Shown here piece by piece: positions 38,145 through 47,540 of a stretch of 64,000 bases of DNA. Source of the DNA: Candidatus Ozemobacteraceae bacterium. Its GTDB lineage: Bacteria; Muiribacteriota; Ozemobacteria; Ozemobacterales; Ozemobacteraceae. The DNA is taken from the NCBI GenBank assembly GCA_965140445.1, contig OZ223236.1, positions 896,001 through 960,000 on the forward strand, written 5' to 3'. Made by a program: the position numbers and the translations under genes. The number at the start of each line of letters is the position of its first letter. Positions within the stretch are counted from its first letter, which is position 1. The notes beneath the pieces are model-generated. The model was not told the DNA's origin. It searched no databases and saw nothing but the letters and a program-made list of their open reading frames with translations.

Positions 38145-38908
38145 TTGGCCAGCTATGGGGACTCTGCCGCTTTGGCTTTTTAAAGGCTTATCGGAGCAAA
38201 ATATTCGCTTCAATGCTTTTGCTTTTTATGCCGATTCTTGTTGCTGTTCATTTATTCGATGTTTATAACACAGGCTTTCAGGTTAAGTTTGTTAAAGATG
38301 TAAGTTTAAATTTTATGTCTTTTTTCGCCATTCTTATTTTAGCTTTTCTAGCTATGGATCATCTTTTCTGGCCACTTGAAATGAAGCCCCCATTCTATAT
38401 CCTGGGAAGAATTAAAAGTCGCCTGGTTTATTTGGCTGGAACCTGGTTGGGCATAATTCTTTCAATAGCCTCAGCTCTGCTTTCTTCGGGAGTTTTGATC
38501 TTGCTGTTTTTGAGAATTACTCGAGGGATCTGGTTTTGGGAAGTTTTTCCCGGAGCCTTTCTGCTATTCCTTAAGTATTCTCTCTTAGCTGCCTTTGTGC
38601 TTTTCTGTTCCTGTTTTTCGACCAGATTAATTGCATTGAGTTTAAGTCTTGTGGTTTTTTTCATGGGACATGGATTGGATTCGATGCGAACCTGGATTGA
38701 ATCAAATGCAAACAGATCTTTTCAAATCGTGGTGGATATTTTTTTACTATTTGTTCCGGATTTTGCCATGTTTGACTCCAGACTAGTTATGGTTCAGGAT
38801 TCTGGCTTTTCAGTTGAAGGTCTTTTTCTTCTTATGGGATATACAATCTGTTTATCGTCGTTTTTTCTTTTTTTTGGCTCTCAATTGCTCAAAGGCAGAG
38901 ACTTGTAA
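38141..38908 (+). CDS. ABC-2 type transporter permease
   Basis: About six TM segments; overlaps the ATPase stop codon. Confidence 0.8.
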   Translation: MIGQLWGLCRFGFLKAYRSKIFASMLLLFMPILVAVHLFDVYNTGFQVKFVKDVSLNFMSFFAILILAFLAMDHLFWPLEMKPPFYILGRIKSRLVYLAGTWLGIILSIASALLSSGVLILLFLRITRGIWFWEVFPGAFLLFLKYSLLAAFVLFCSCFSTRLIALSLSLVVFFMGHGLDSMRTWIESNANRSFQIVVDIFLLFVPDFAMFDSRLVMVQDSGFSVEGLFLLMGYTICLSSFFLFFGSQLLKGRDL

Positions 38909-38909
38909 T

Positions 38910-39854
38910 ATGAAAAGGGTTGCTGTTAATCCTGTGTTGATTTTAAGCCTTTTTATCGTTCTGTCCTTTTCATTTCAGGTTTCTTTTAAAAACTGCGAGG
39001 GAAAGATTAATCCGGGCTTTACTCAAAAATTTGTTTTGGAATTTCTTCCCGAGAGAGTCAGGTCTTTTTTATCTGGAATTCTCTGGTCCTATGCTGATGA
39101 ATACATGCATTCTGGTCCATCGGTCAGGTTTAAGGATTCGCCTTATCAAGCGGGGTCTTATGCTGGAAATACTGAAGTTACAAGTTTGATGCGACAGATT
39201 ATAAGCCTAACTCCTGATCAACAGCCTCCTTATAAGATCTTGGCTATGAATCTGGCACGCTATTTAAGTAGGTTCAATGATGGGCTTAGAATTCTTCAAT
39301 TTGGAATCATCTTTAATTCTGATCAAAAATGGGTGCATGAACTTTATGCTGCTGCTGCATTTCAATATCTTTTCGATTTTAGAGATGGCCAGTTAGATAA
39401 GGAGATTCCATTGCGATACCTTGATAAGGCTATTTTACTGGCCAAAAAGAATGGTTTTGTCGCCAATGATGCAGATCCAATTTTTTCAATGGAAAACTAC
39501 ATTATTTTAAAGTTGCGTTTGCTTGTCGATTTAAAAAATGATGAAGAAGCGGTCAGATTATGGAATTTGTATCCAGAGTTGCATAAAAAAATGGGATTTT
39601 TAGGGGAAGTTTTGCAGAAATTGGCTAATGGAGAACGGGCCCCAGAGCGAAAGCCAATTGCTAAGAAAATTTCAGGAACATTAGAGTCTGATGAGAGATT
39701 TGTTTCATCTGAAGCTAATAAAAACAAAATGCAGCTTCCAATGAAAGCAAAACAGCCGACCTGGAGCAGGCCGGCTATTAATTTACTGAAAAGTATTTTG
39801 CTACTTTCTGTAATAATTTCGATTTGCTTTTTAATTAAGAAAAGCTCTGTTTAA
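38910..39854 (+). CDS. Membrane-anchored helical (TPR-like) accessory protein of the ABC exporter
   Basis: ATG 38910 directly after the permease stop; N- and C-terminal TM; W..ADEYMH motif. Confidence 0.55.
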   Translation: MKRVAVNPVLILSLFIVLSFSFQVSFKNCEGKINPGFTQKFVLEFLPERVRSFLSGILWSYADEYMHSGPSVRFKDSPYQAGSYAGNTEVTSLMRQIISLTPDQQPPYKILAMNLARYLSRFNDGLRILQFGIIFNSDQKWVHELYAAAAFQYLFDFRDGQLDKEIPLRYLDKAILLAKKNGFVANDADPIFSMENYIILKLRLLVDLKNDEEAVRLWNLYPELHKKMGFLGEVLQKLANGERAPERKPIAKKISGTLESDERFVSSEANKNKMQLPMKAKQPTWSRPAINLLKSILLLSVIISICFLIKKSSV

Positions 39855-39858
39855 ACTT

Positions 39859-41088
39859 TTATCTTCTTCTGTTTAGCAATTTTCTTATTTTAAGCTTTTT
39901 GGCTTCAATTAAATTTTTAAAATTGTTAATATCTTCTTTGGTAGCAGTTCTTTGAACTCTAGGTGGCTTTGGTGTTTCCTTTATTGTGTCCAGCTTTTTA
40001 AGTGTCTTGTTTATTAGACCTAGAGCTTCATATCTCGCAACTCTTTCATTTCCAGCCAGTCTCCCGTCTGGATATCCAAGTCGAATCCCGGCTCTATTCA
40101 ACAGCTCTAATGATTGCCAGGTATTTGAACCCTTTCTTACATCAGAATACAGGCCGTATTCAAAATGTTCTGTATGAGGAAAAGCTTGAACAAAAATTGC
40201 CGCAAATCTTGCCAAATCCTTGCGTCTTAAAGCATGTCTTGTTCCTAGTCGTCGGGTCATTAGTTTAACTTCAGATATAAACGCAGCTTTTTTATGTTTC
40301 TCAAGAATTCCCAACATAATTTTACTGAAGCTGCCTGTCGTTATTCCTTTTTGGCCTTCAAGTTTTTTTCCAAGATCCGTTAAGTCAAACGCACCAAGGC
40401 TTTCCAATTCTTTTATTGGATCAGTAAACCAATGGTCCATTGGGATGTCAGTGAATCTTAGAGTTGGAGGTGCTGTTGGCACAGATTTTGGAGCTTCATA
40501 GCCAACTTTTGAATCCAGAATTGAGTGAAGTCTATGTAATAGATAAAGACTATCGCGTAGGTTCAAAAGTCCTTTGGGGTTAAGTCTTCCTCCGGAATTT
40601 CCATTTATAATTCCAACCTCTATGGCGTAATTTAGCGCTTTTTCATACTTTGGCTCAACCTTATAATCTTTAAATTTAAGGCTTTTATTTATGTTTTTTG
40701 GTTCAAGAATTACCTTTTTATCCCATAGGAATAGGATCGTTCGGAAAACTCCTTCAAAGGCTTCTTTGCGACTAACTGATCTAAATAGTTTTTTGGGGCC
40801 CATGAGTCCGGCGTGCTGCATTTCGTTTAAATCAATATTTGCTACAAGATGCAGATCAAAAAGAACTTTATTTAAAGAACGATAAAATGACAGCTTGGAA
40901 ATATTCTTGCTCAAAGTTGCATTTGAATATTCATATGTATCGAAAAGGCCCAAATCTCTTGCAAAAGAAATTTCTGGGGCGTTGTTAAAGTGCTTTGCGG
41001 CCAGTAATCCCTGGATGTTTGAGAATCCGCTAACGAAAGTTGTTGCGGCTAAAGCGCCTGCAATAAAGAGTTTTTTGCCTGAATGCAT
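39859..41088 (-). CDS. S-layer homology (SLH) domain protein
   Basis: FKD...GIINGNSGGRLNP, FTDIPMDHWF, YSDV...GYPDG.L.GN..V.RYEA; RBS GGAGG. Confidence 0.8.
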   Translation of the reverse strand: MHSGKKLFIAGALAATTFVSGFSNIQGLLAAKHFNNAPEISFARDLGLFDTYEYSNATLSKNISKLSFYRSLNKVLFDLHLVANIDLNEMQHAGLMGPKKLFRSVSRKEAFEGVFRTILFLWDKKVILEPKNINKSLKFKDYKVEPKYEKALNYAIEVGIINGNSGGRLNPKGLLNLRDSLYLLHRLHSILDSKVGYEAPKSVPTAPPTLRFTDIPMDHWFTDPIKELESLGAFDLTDLGKKLEGQKGITTGSFSKIMLGILEKHKKAAFISEVKLMTRRLGTRHALRRKDLARFAAIFVQAFPHTEHFEYGLYSDVRKGSNTWQSLELLNRAGIRLGYPDGRLAGNERVARYEALGLINKTLKKLDTIKETPKPPRVQRTATKEDINNFKNLIEAKKLKIRKLLNRRR

Positions 41089-41221
41089 ACTGCCTCCGGA
41101 AATAAGTATTTTTCAGTTTTGCAGTATCGACAAAGGGCGGGGAATTTTTTATCAAAAAAAATCCCGGCAAAATTAAAAGTCCGTTTTATGCATCCTGGTT
41201 TGAAAATTGATTGGCTAAAAA

Positions 41222-42004
41222 TTATTTTTCTTTCAGGTGTTGAGGCAATAGCCTATCGGCTGCCAGATATGCGCCTAACCAATAATCCAGAATATTCTGC
41301 ACTGAAGCTTTGTATTGAGTTTTTGCCATATCAAGGACGTCTAAGACTCCATTGCCGCTTCTAAACGCTGTTTGAATTTCTTTGTAATGCTTCAGGGCTT
41401 CATTCGTCATATCAACTAGACGTGTTTCTACTGAGGTTACCGGTTTAAAGTTCTTCACGTCAGACGTAAAATCTTTTAGATACTTGTTTAAACCTCTTTC
41501 AAATTTTGAATGATAATCGCTTTCTGCCGGGTCAATTCTACTTCCAGCAGTGTGCAGCGGTTGATTTAAATCGGCAATGTAGTGTGACATAAGCCCAAAA
41601 ATATACGCAATTTTCTGGGGGTCTTCATTTTTTTTTATCAGCATAGTTGCTCTATCAAATAAGGCTTCTAGCCTATATAAACCATCGGGGTGCGAGCCAT
41701 CAGGGTGATAGGCATGATTGTTAAAGTCTTTTAATATCGTATCAGGGTTCGTTGAGCCTTTTAGAAAAGAGTTTTTATATTTTATAAAAATGGCCCTGTA
41801 ATGTTTGGGTAAGTTGTTAAGGGCATCAGCGGTGATCTTTCTGTGGGTATGATAAGACCAGGCATCTGCCATTGAAGGGCAAAAAATGGTCAAAATTATG
41901 AATGCGAGTTTGAGAGTTTTCAACTCTAAATCCTTTTCTTCTGTAGATAAAGATATGTTACGCTTTTGTTGTATTTTAAAGCAATATGATTTCCAGCTCA
42001 ACAT
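41222..42004 (-). CDS. Zinc-dependent phospholipase C / S1-P1 nuclease family secreted enzyme (true start probably downstream of 42004)
   Basis: Signal peptide then W..HTH; PD...H; SHYIADLNQPLH; H..FE. Confidence 0.85.
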   Translation of the reverse strand: MLSWKSYCFKIQQKRNISLSTEEKDLELKTLKLAFIILTIFCPSMADAWSYHTHRKITADALNNLPKHYRAIFIKYKNSFLKGSTNPDTILKDFNNHAYHPDGSHPDGLYRLEALFDRATMLIKKNEDPQKIAYIFGLMSHYIADLNQPLHTAGSRIDPAESDYHSKFERGLNKYLKDFTSDVKNFKPVTSVETRLVDMTNEALKHYKEIQTAFRSGNGVLDVLDMAKTQYKASVQNILDYWLGAYLAADRLLPQHLKEK

Positions 42005-42054
42005 TGTCTGTAATACTATTGAGCAAAGATTGGCTGGTATGGTATAGTTTGCCC

Positions 42055-42747
42055 ATGGCTGAAAAGGAAAAAATAGATCCCTTAGAAATTCCAGAAGAGG
42101 AAATGCGAACTGAAGATTTGATTGGAAATCCTCAGGAGGCTTTTGATATTGATCAGGACCTTGAAACCCTTAGAAAAATAGATATTTCAAAAGCAATTCT
42201 TATTAAGACTCAAAGAGGCGGGAAGCATCCAGATAAAAAGACAGATCGCTTGCTTGATCGATACATGCAATTGGGGAATGAAGAAATTGAAGGCCCTTAT
42301 CTTATAAGAGTTCTTTCAACTATAATGTTTGTTTTTATTGTTAGTGCCTTGTCCTGGTTATTGATATGGTTACTAGGAGCTGTAGCTGGTTGGAGTGTTT
42401 TTTTACGTTTTCTTTCTATTGCGATGTCGACATTTGTTATTGCAATGTTTGGGGTTGCAGTTTTTAATCCCATGAGCCTTGTAAATGAACCTGAGTTACA
42501 AAGGAAAATCAAACTTCGACTCGAAGAATTGCATCAGTCCAGGCAAAAAGATATAAATGAGAAGCTTGGTGCAGATGCTCCGCCTTCTTCTGCTGAAGAT
42601 AGTATTACAGGAGATGGTTTGAAAGAACCTGATACAGATGTTCCATTAAATGACGAAGAAGAGCTTGGAGAGACAACTGAAATAGATGAAGACTCTGGAC
42701 CATCTTTGGATCCTGAAAATATTGATGAAGAAAAGGTCGAAGCTTAA
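42055..42747 (+). CDS. Hypothetical two-TM protein with an acidic disordered tail
   Basis: ATG at 42055 within ORF 41986..42747; two hydrophobic helices; D/E-rich C-terminus. Confidence 0.65.
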   Translation: MAEKEKIDPLEIPEEEMRTEDLIGNPQEAFDIDQDLETLRKIDISKAILIKTQRGGKHPDKKTDRLLDRYMQLGNEEIEGPYLIRVLSTIMFVFIVSALSWLLIWLLGAVAGWSVFLRFLSIAMSTFVIAMFGVAVFNPMSLVNEPELQRKIKLRLEELHQSRQKDINEKLGADAPPSSAEDSITGDGLKEPDTDVPLNDEEELGETTEIDEDSGPSLDPENIDEEKVEA

Positions 42748-42750
42748 AAT

Positions 42751-43236
42751 CTACCAGGTTGAATAAATTTTTCCTGTTTTGGGTGCCCAGACCACTTTGT
42801 AGGTTCTTTCCGGAGTTTTAATGTGAAATCTTACTATGGCTGTGTCCAGTGAAAATGGCTTTATTTCAACAAAATTGGTTTTACTAATCGCAATTTTATG
42901 TTTTCCATCCATGCGATTAAACCGTGCAGAAAAGTCCCAATGAAGCCCCTTGGAAGACTGTCTCCATCGCAACCCCGGAGTAGAGCTTTTTGCGCTGTCC
43001 AGAAAGTCTACATTGGTTAGAATTGCATCACCCTTCAGGCAAGTTAATTTGTATCTGATTTTATCAATAAATTCCTGGCTTTTTGTCCAGCCAAGTAAAA
43101 GATAATCAAACCTGATGTGAACCTTTCCTCCAAGATACAGGGAAAAATTCTTTTTAAAATAACTTCCAGCTTCTGCTGAGTTTGGCAGGCAAAATAGAAA
43201 CAGCATTAGCGCAGTGATAAAAAATTTGTTTTTCAT
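42751..43236 (-). CDS. Hypothetical secreted protein
   Basis: RBS GGAGG, then MKNKFFITALML...AEA signal peptide. Confidence 0.65.
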   Translation of the reverse strand: MKNKFFITALMLFLFCLPNSAEAGSYFKKNFSLYLGGKVHIRFDYLLLGWTKSQEFIDKIRYKLTCLKGDAILTNVDFLDSAKSSTPGLRWRQSSKGLHWDFSARFNRMDGKHKIAISKTNFVEIKPFSLDTAIVRFHIKTPERTYKVVWAPKTGKIYSTW

Positions 43237-43366
43237 GCAGCCTCCAGAATTAAAATTGCCGTCTGCAGTTATATATCGCATATTTCAAGGGCAAAATTCA
43301 AGGTTAATAACAAAAACTATACAAACAAACAAAAAACAATATATCTAGTTATCGGGAGTAGATTAT

Positions 43367-44017
43367 ATGACAGAAAAACTAACTTTAAAAAAGAAAAAGC
43401 AGCTTGCTTTATCAGTGATAGAAAAGCTTCGAAAAAAATATCCTCAACCAGAGTGCGCATTGATTTATTCCAGCCCATGGGAGCTGCTTGTAGCGACTAT
43501 CCTTTCCGCACAATGCACAGATATCAGAGTTAATCTGGTAACACCTGGCCTTTTTAAAAAATTCAAAACCATGAAAAGCTTCGCTAAAGCTAAACAGGCT
43601 GAGGTTGAAGAGGCAGTTAAGTCCACAGGTTTTTTCAGGAATAAGGCGAAGAATATCATTGCTTGCGCAGCAGCTTTAATCGAGAAGCACGGCGGTGAAA
43701 TTCCAAAGGATATTGAAGAGTTGATAAAATTACCCGGAATAGGTCGTAAAACGGCAAATGTTCTTCTGGGAAATGCTTATGGTATTGCTTCTGGCGTCGT
43801 TGTTGACACCCACGTGAAAAGACTATCCGGAAGAATCGGATTAACGGAAAACACCGATCCCGAAAAAGTTGAAACGGATCTGGTAAAAATAGTTCCAAAA
43901 GCTGAATGGATAGATTTCTCTCATTTGCTGATCTGGCACGGCAGAGACCGGTGCATGGCAAGAAAGCCCGATTGCGAGAATTGCGAGTTGGGAGAGATTT
44001 GTTTGAAGCGGATATAG
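43367..44017 (+). CDS. nth: Endonuclease III
   Basis: LSAQCTD, LPGIGRKTAN HhH motif, VDTHV, Cx6Cx2Cx5C Fe-S cluster. Confidence 0.96.
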   Translation: MTEKLTLKKKKQLALSVIEKLRKKYPQPECALIYSSPWELLVATILSAQCTDIRVNLVTPGLFKKFKTMKSFAKAKQAEVEEAVKSTGFFRNKAKNIIACAAALIEKHGGEIPKDIEELIKLPGIGRKTANVLLGNAYGIASGVVVDTHVKRLSGRIGLTENTDPEKVETDLVKIVPKAEWIDFSHLLIWHGRDRCMARKPDCENCELGEICLKRI

Positions 44018-44073
44018 GGTTTGTTTCTGAATTGGTTGAAACAATTGGGTTTCGGGGCTAAACTAGATGGGCA

Positions 44074-45015
44074 ATGAATAAAGTATTTCAAAAATATGGC
44101 GGATTAGTGGCTATTTTGGCATCGGTTTTTTTTCTGATGTCTTATTTTGCCTATAAGGCAATAAATTTACCCCGTCCGTTATATCAGAAAGTTAACCTTG
44201 AGCCCGTTGCTGCACCGGCAGTTGGTTTATCTGAAGAGCAACTTCTACAGCGGGAAATGTCAGCCATCAGCAGCATTCAGCCTGGGTCATTTAGTTTGGT
44301 ATTTGGGATTTTGCCGGACAAGGATGCTGTCAAAAAGGCAGTAGAAAGTAAAAAGCTTATAGCTTCAAAGCCCGTTGAGATCGAAAAAAAAGTTGAGTTA
44401 AAGCCAGCAGTTGATCTGGAAGCCGCTGGTTATAAATTAAAGGGTGTAATCAAGGAAAAGGGCGGTAATAGTGCTGCTTTTATATACGATCCAGGTTTAA
44501 AAAGAACTGTGGTTGCACGTGAGCTTGGAACTGGTTCTATAAGACTGTTGTCGGTCGCAACCCGTATGGTCAGAGTTGCAACAGAGAAAGGCGAAGGGAT
44601 TCTAAAACTGGAAAATTCAATTGGATCGGAACATAGTTCGCCTTCGTTCGTAAGAAATTCTGGTCCTGTGGTTACTATTCATGAAAATAAGGGAACTCTT
44701 TCGGATTTAAACCCTGGTAGAGTTGCAAGGCTTATTCAAAAAGGAAAGCTCAAGGTTACTTCTTCCAGAGGGATGTGCCGGGTTGAGATAAAGGAAGTTC
44801 CAGATGAAATAAATGGATATGATGTTAACAAAGGCGACATTATTCTAGGAACTTCGAAAGGTGACTTTAGAAAATCTGGTGAGGTTGCTGAAAAGCTTGG
44901 GCGATTGGGAGCAGAAAGAACTGCTTTGAAAGTCTGGAGAAAGGGGCGTGTCATTCTGGTTCAACCACCTTTGCTAAAGGAAAATGACGTTCGACAGCCT
45001 TTGCAGAAAAAATAG
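44074..45015 (+). CDS. gspC: Type II secretion protein C-like
   Basis: N-terminal TM, YKLKGVI...AAFI HR-like domain, PDZ-like GDII tail; directly upstream of the secretin. Confidence 0.55.
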   Translation: MNKVFQKYGGLVAILASVFFLMSYFAYKAINLPRPLYQKVNLEPVAAPAVGLSEEQLLQREMSAISSIQPGSFSLVFGILPDKDAVKKAVESKKLIASKPVEIEKKVELKPAVDLEAAGYKLKGVIKEKGGNSAAFIYDPGLKRTVVARELGTGSIRLLSVATRMVRVATEKGEGILKLENSIGSEHSSPSFVRNSGPVVTIHENKGTLSDLNPGRVARLIQKGKLKVTSSRGMCRVEIKEVPDEINGYDVNKGDIILGTSKGDFRKSGEVAEKLGRLGAERTALKVWRKGRVILVQPPLLKENDVRQPLQKK

Positions 45016-45090
45016 CAATAGCCTTTTTGTGTTTCTTGGTACATTATTCAATGTACGATATAATTACGCAAAAACAATTGGGGATAGAAT

Positions 45091-47517
45091 ATGATTGGTT
45101 TTTACAGAAGGAATTCAGCTTTGAGATTATTTTGCATTGTTTTGACTTTTCTGGTTTCCGCATCTTTCTGCGGAAATGCTTTTGCTCAGAACAAGGGCGA
45201 TAATAAGAGAATTCTTAATTTTAAGAAGCGTCCTCTGATTCGTAATACTCCCGGATCTGCAAGAGCATTAAGCCAGGCAAATTCGGGTAATACTTCTATC
45301 CCTTATTCTTACCAACCGATTTCTGTTGGCACAAAAGACATGGCTCCGAATTCTACAAAAGATATTGATGAAGCAACTATTTTAGAACCATCTTCTGGTT
45401 CAAATTCTGATGAGATCGCTATAAATTTTGAATCGGTTGATTTGATGAGTCTGGTTCGGTATATAAGTCAGGAAACCGGAAGAGGTTTTATTATTAATCA
45501 GGCTTTAAAGGGCGATGTAACTATTATTTCTCCCGTGACCATCGGAAAAGAAGATGCTATGGCGATGCTTGAGTCTATTTTACAGGTTAGAGGCTATACG
45601 GCAGTAGCATCGGGCAATTTGTATAAAATAGTTCCATTAAATGAAGCCAAGGTTGCCGGAACAGAAACCAGGATGTCAGACGAGCTTGGGATGCTTAAGG
45701 ATGACGACACACTTATTACTCAGATAGTCCCATTGCAAAGAACCTCTGTAAATGAAGCTCAGAGCATTTTGCAAACTTTGCTCCCCCGTGACTCTTCCAT
45801 GTTGCTGTTTCCCCCTTCAAACACAATTGTTTTGACCGGCAGGTCAGTTAATATAAAAAGAGCTCTGGAGGTTTTGTCAGAACTTGAAAAGGGACTTATG
45901 AAGCCTGGATTGGATATTGTTCCGCTCAAATTCTCGGCTGCAGATGATCTTAAGAACCAGTTGGAGAAGATTATTTCTTCAGGCGGAGTCGAAAGAGATG
46001 AAATCAGGGGCGGGGTCAACTTTATCTCAGATAAAAGGAGTAACAGTCTCCTTGTGTTAACTTCTCCTTCCAATTTTGAGCGCATTAGAATGCTTATAGA
46101 CAGACTTGATACGGCTACAACAGATAGTCGCCCGGAGTTGACAAAGTTTTACAGGCTAAAATATGCCCAGGAAGGGGAGACGGTTACTCAAATAGAAACC
46201 ATTCTTGGTATAGGAAAACCAGACAAGGTTTATAATGCAACTGAATCTTTTGCAATTGAAACAACCAAGCTGGTTCCAATAAAAAGAACAAGGTCAATTA
46301 TGGTTACAACTCGTTCTGAAGCGATGCTTACCAGGATTGAAACTTTACTAAAGCATTTAGATAGTCCTCCTGTGCAAGATGCAAGCGAGGTAAAGGTCAT
46401 TAGAATAGAGAATGCCGACTCTACGCAGTTGGCAGAAACCCTAGCCCGTCTGGTTCAAGAAAGAAATAAAAGTGCTCAGGCAAAAGATGGAGTTTTGAGT
46501 TTTGTTTCTGAATCTCATACAAACTCGATTATCATGACAGGTCCTCCTCAGATGTTTTCTCATTATGAGGCTATTATTAAAGGGCTTGATATGATGCGTC
46601 ATCAGATACTTGTAGAGGTTCTGATTACGGAGGTTAGTGGGAACTTAACTAATAGTCTTGGAATTGAATGGAATGCTTTAAATAGCACATCTAATGAGTG
46701 GCGAGCTTTTGGTGGAACTAATTATGGCCTGACTGGAAATCCTTTAACGAATTCAGGCTTTCAGCTGGGACTTGTCAAGGATGCATTGGACATGGAAAAA
46801 TTGGCGGCCGGTAGTTTGACTGAATTGTCCAAAATCAAGGCGATGGTTAAGGCTTATAAGAACAACTCCAATTTTAAAATCCTTTCAGCTCCGCAGATTT
46901 TAACTACAGACAATGAAGAAGCAAAAATATCTGTTGGCGAAGTTGTTGCTTTACCACAGGGATTTACTCAGGATAGAGATACTGGGAGGTTTGATTTAAC
47001 GAATTTTAAATATGAAGATGTTGGTATCGTGTTGAATCTAACTCCAAGAGTTAACTCAAAAGAGCTTGTAACTCTTAAGTTGAATCAGGAGATCAAAAAG
47101 AGACAGGAAGAGAATCTTTATGAATTCAATGTTCCTGTTTTAACAAAAAGGCAAATGGAGACCACTATTTCCGTTCCAAACCATCGCACAGTAGTTATTG
47201 GTGGCCTTATGCGAGAAGATAAAACGAAGGTTGAAGAAAGAGTTCCGGTTCTTTCTAATATTCCCATTCTTGGAAATGTTTTTAAAAATAGAAGAAATGT
47301 TGTTCAAAAGACAAACTTGCTTGTATTTATAACTCCCCATATTCTTTCAACTCCGGAGGAGGTAGCTAACTTTAGCTCAGAAATGGAGAAAGAAGGTAGT
47401 TATGAAAAAACAGTTCATGAGAAAAATGAGAAAGCCGTGGTTGAGTTGGATAAACGTATGAAAAATATTCGTGAGAAAGCTAGGCGAGCTTTTGAAAGAT
47501 TAAAAATTAAGAACTAA
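45091..47517 (+). CDS. gspD: Type II secretion secretin D
   Basis: INFESVD...G.VTIISP N0 domain, N1-N3 repeats, QILVEVLITEV, LSAPQILTTDNEEA.I.VG, VPVLSNIPILGNVF...NLLVFITP. Confidence 0.93.
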   Translation: MIGFYRRNSALRLFCIVLTFLVSASFCGNAFAQNKGDNKRILNFKKRPLIRNTPGSARALSQANSGNTSIPYSYQPISVGTKDMAPNSTKDIDEATILEPSSGSNSDEIAINFESVDLMSLVRYISQETGRGFIINQALKGDVTIISPVTIGKEDAMAMLESILQVRGYTAVASGNLYKIVPLNEAKVAGTETRMSDELGMLKDDDTLITQIVPLQRTSVNEAQSILQTLLPRDSSMLLFPPSNTIVLTGRSVNIKRALEVLSELEKGLMKPGLDIVPLKFSAADDLKNQLEKIISSGGVERDEIRGGVNFISDKRSNSLLVLTSPSNFERIRMLIDRLDTATTDSRPELTKFYRLKYAQEGETVTQIETILGIGKPDKVYNATESFAIETTKLVPIKRTRSIMVTTRSEAMLTRIETLLKHLDSPPVQDASEVKVIRIENADSTQLAETLARLVQERNKSAQAKDGVLSFVSESHTNSIIMTGPPQMFSHYEAIIKGLDMMRHQILVEVLITEVSGNLTNSLGIEWNALNSTSNEWRAFGGTNYGLTGNPLTNSGFQLGLVKDALDMEKLAAGSLTELSKIKAMVKAYKNNSNFKILSAPQILTTDNEEAKISVGEVVALPQGFTQDRDTGRFDLTNFKYEDVGIVLNLTPRVNSKELVTLKLNQEIKKRQEENLYEFNVPVLTKRQMETTISVPNHRTVVIGGLMREDKTKVEERVPVLSNIPILGNVFKNRRNVVQKTNLLVFITPHILSTPEEVANFSSEMEKEGSYEKTVHEKNEKAVVELDKRMKNIREKARRAFERLKIKN

Positions 47518-47540
47518 CAGGATTGTGAGATTCTTTTGCT

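Noticed and set aside
43367..44017. Functional link between nth and the T2SS operon
   Set aside because: An ordinary housekeeping repair gene; adjacency alone is not evidence
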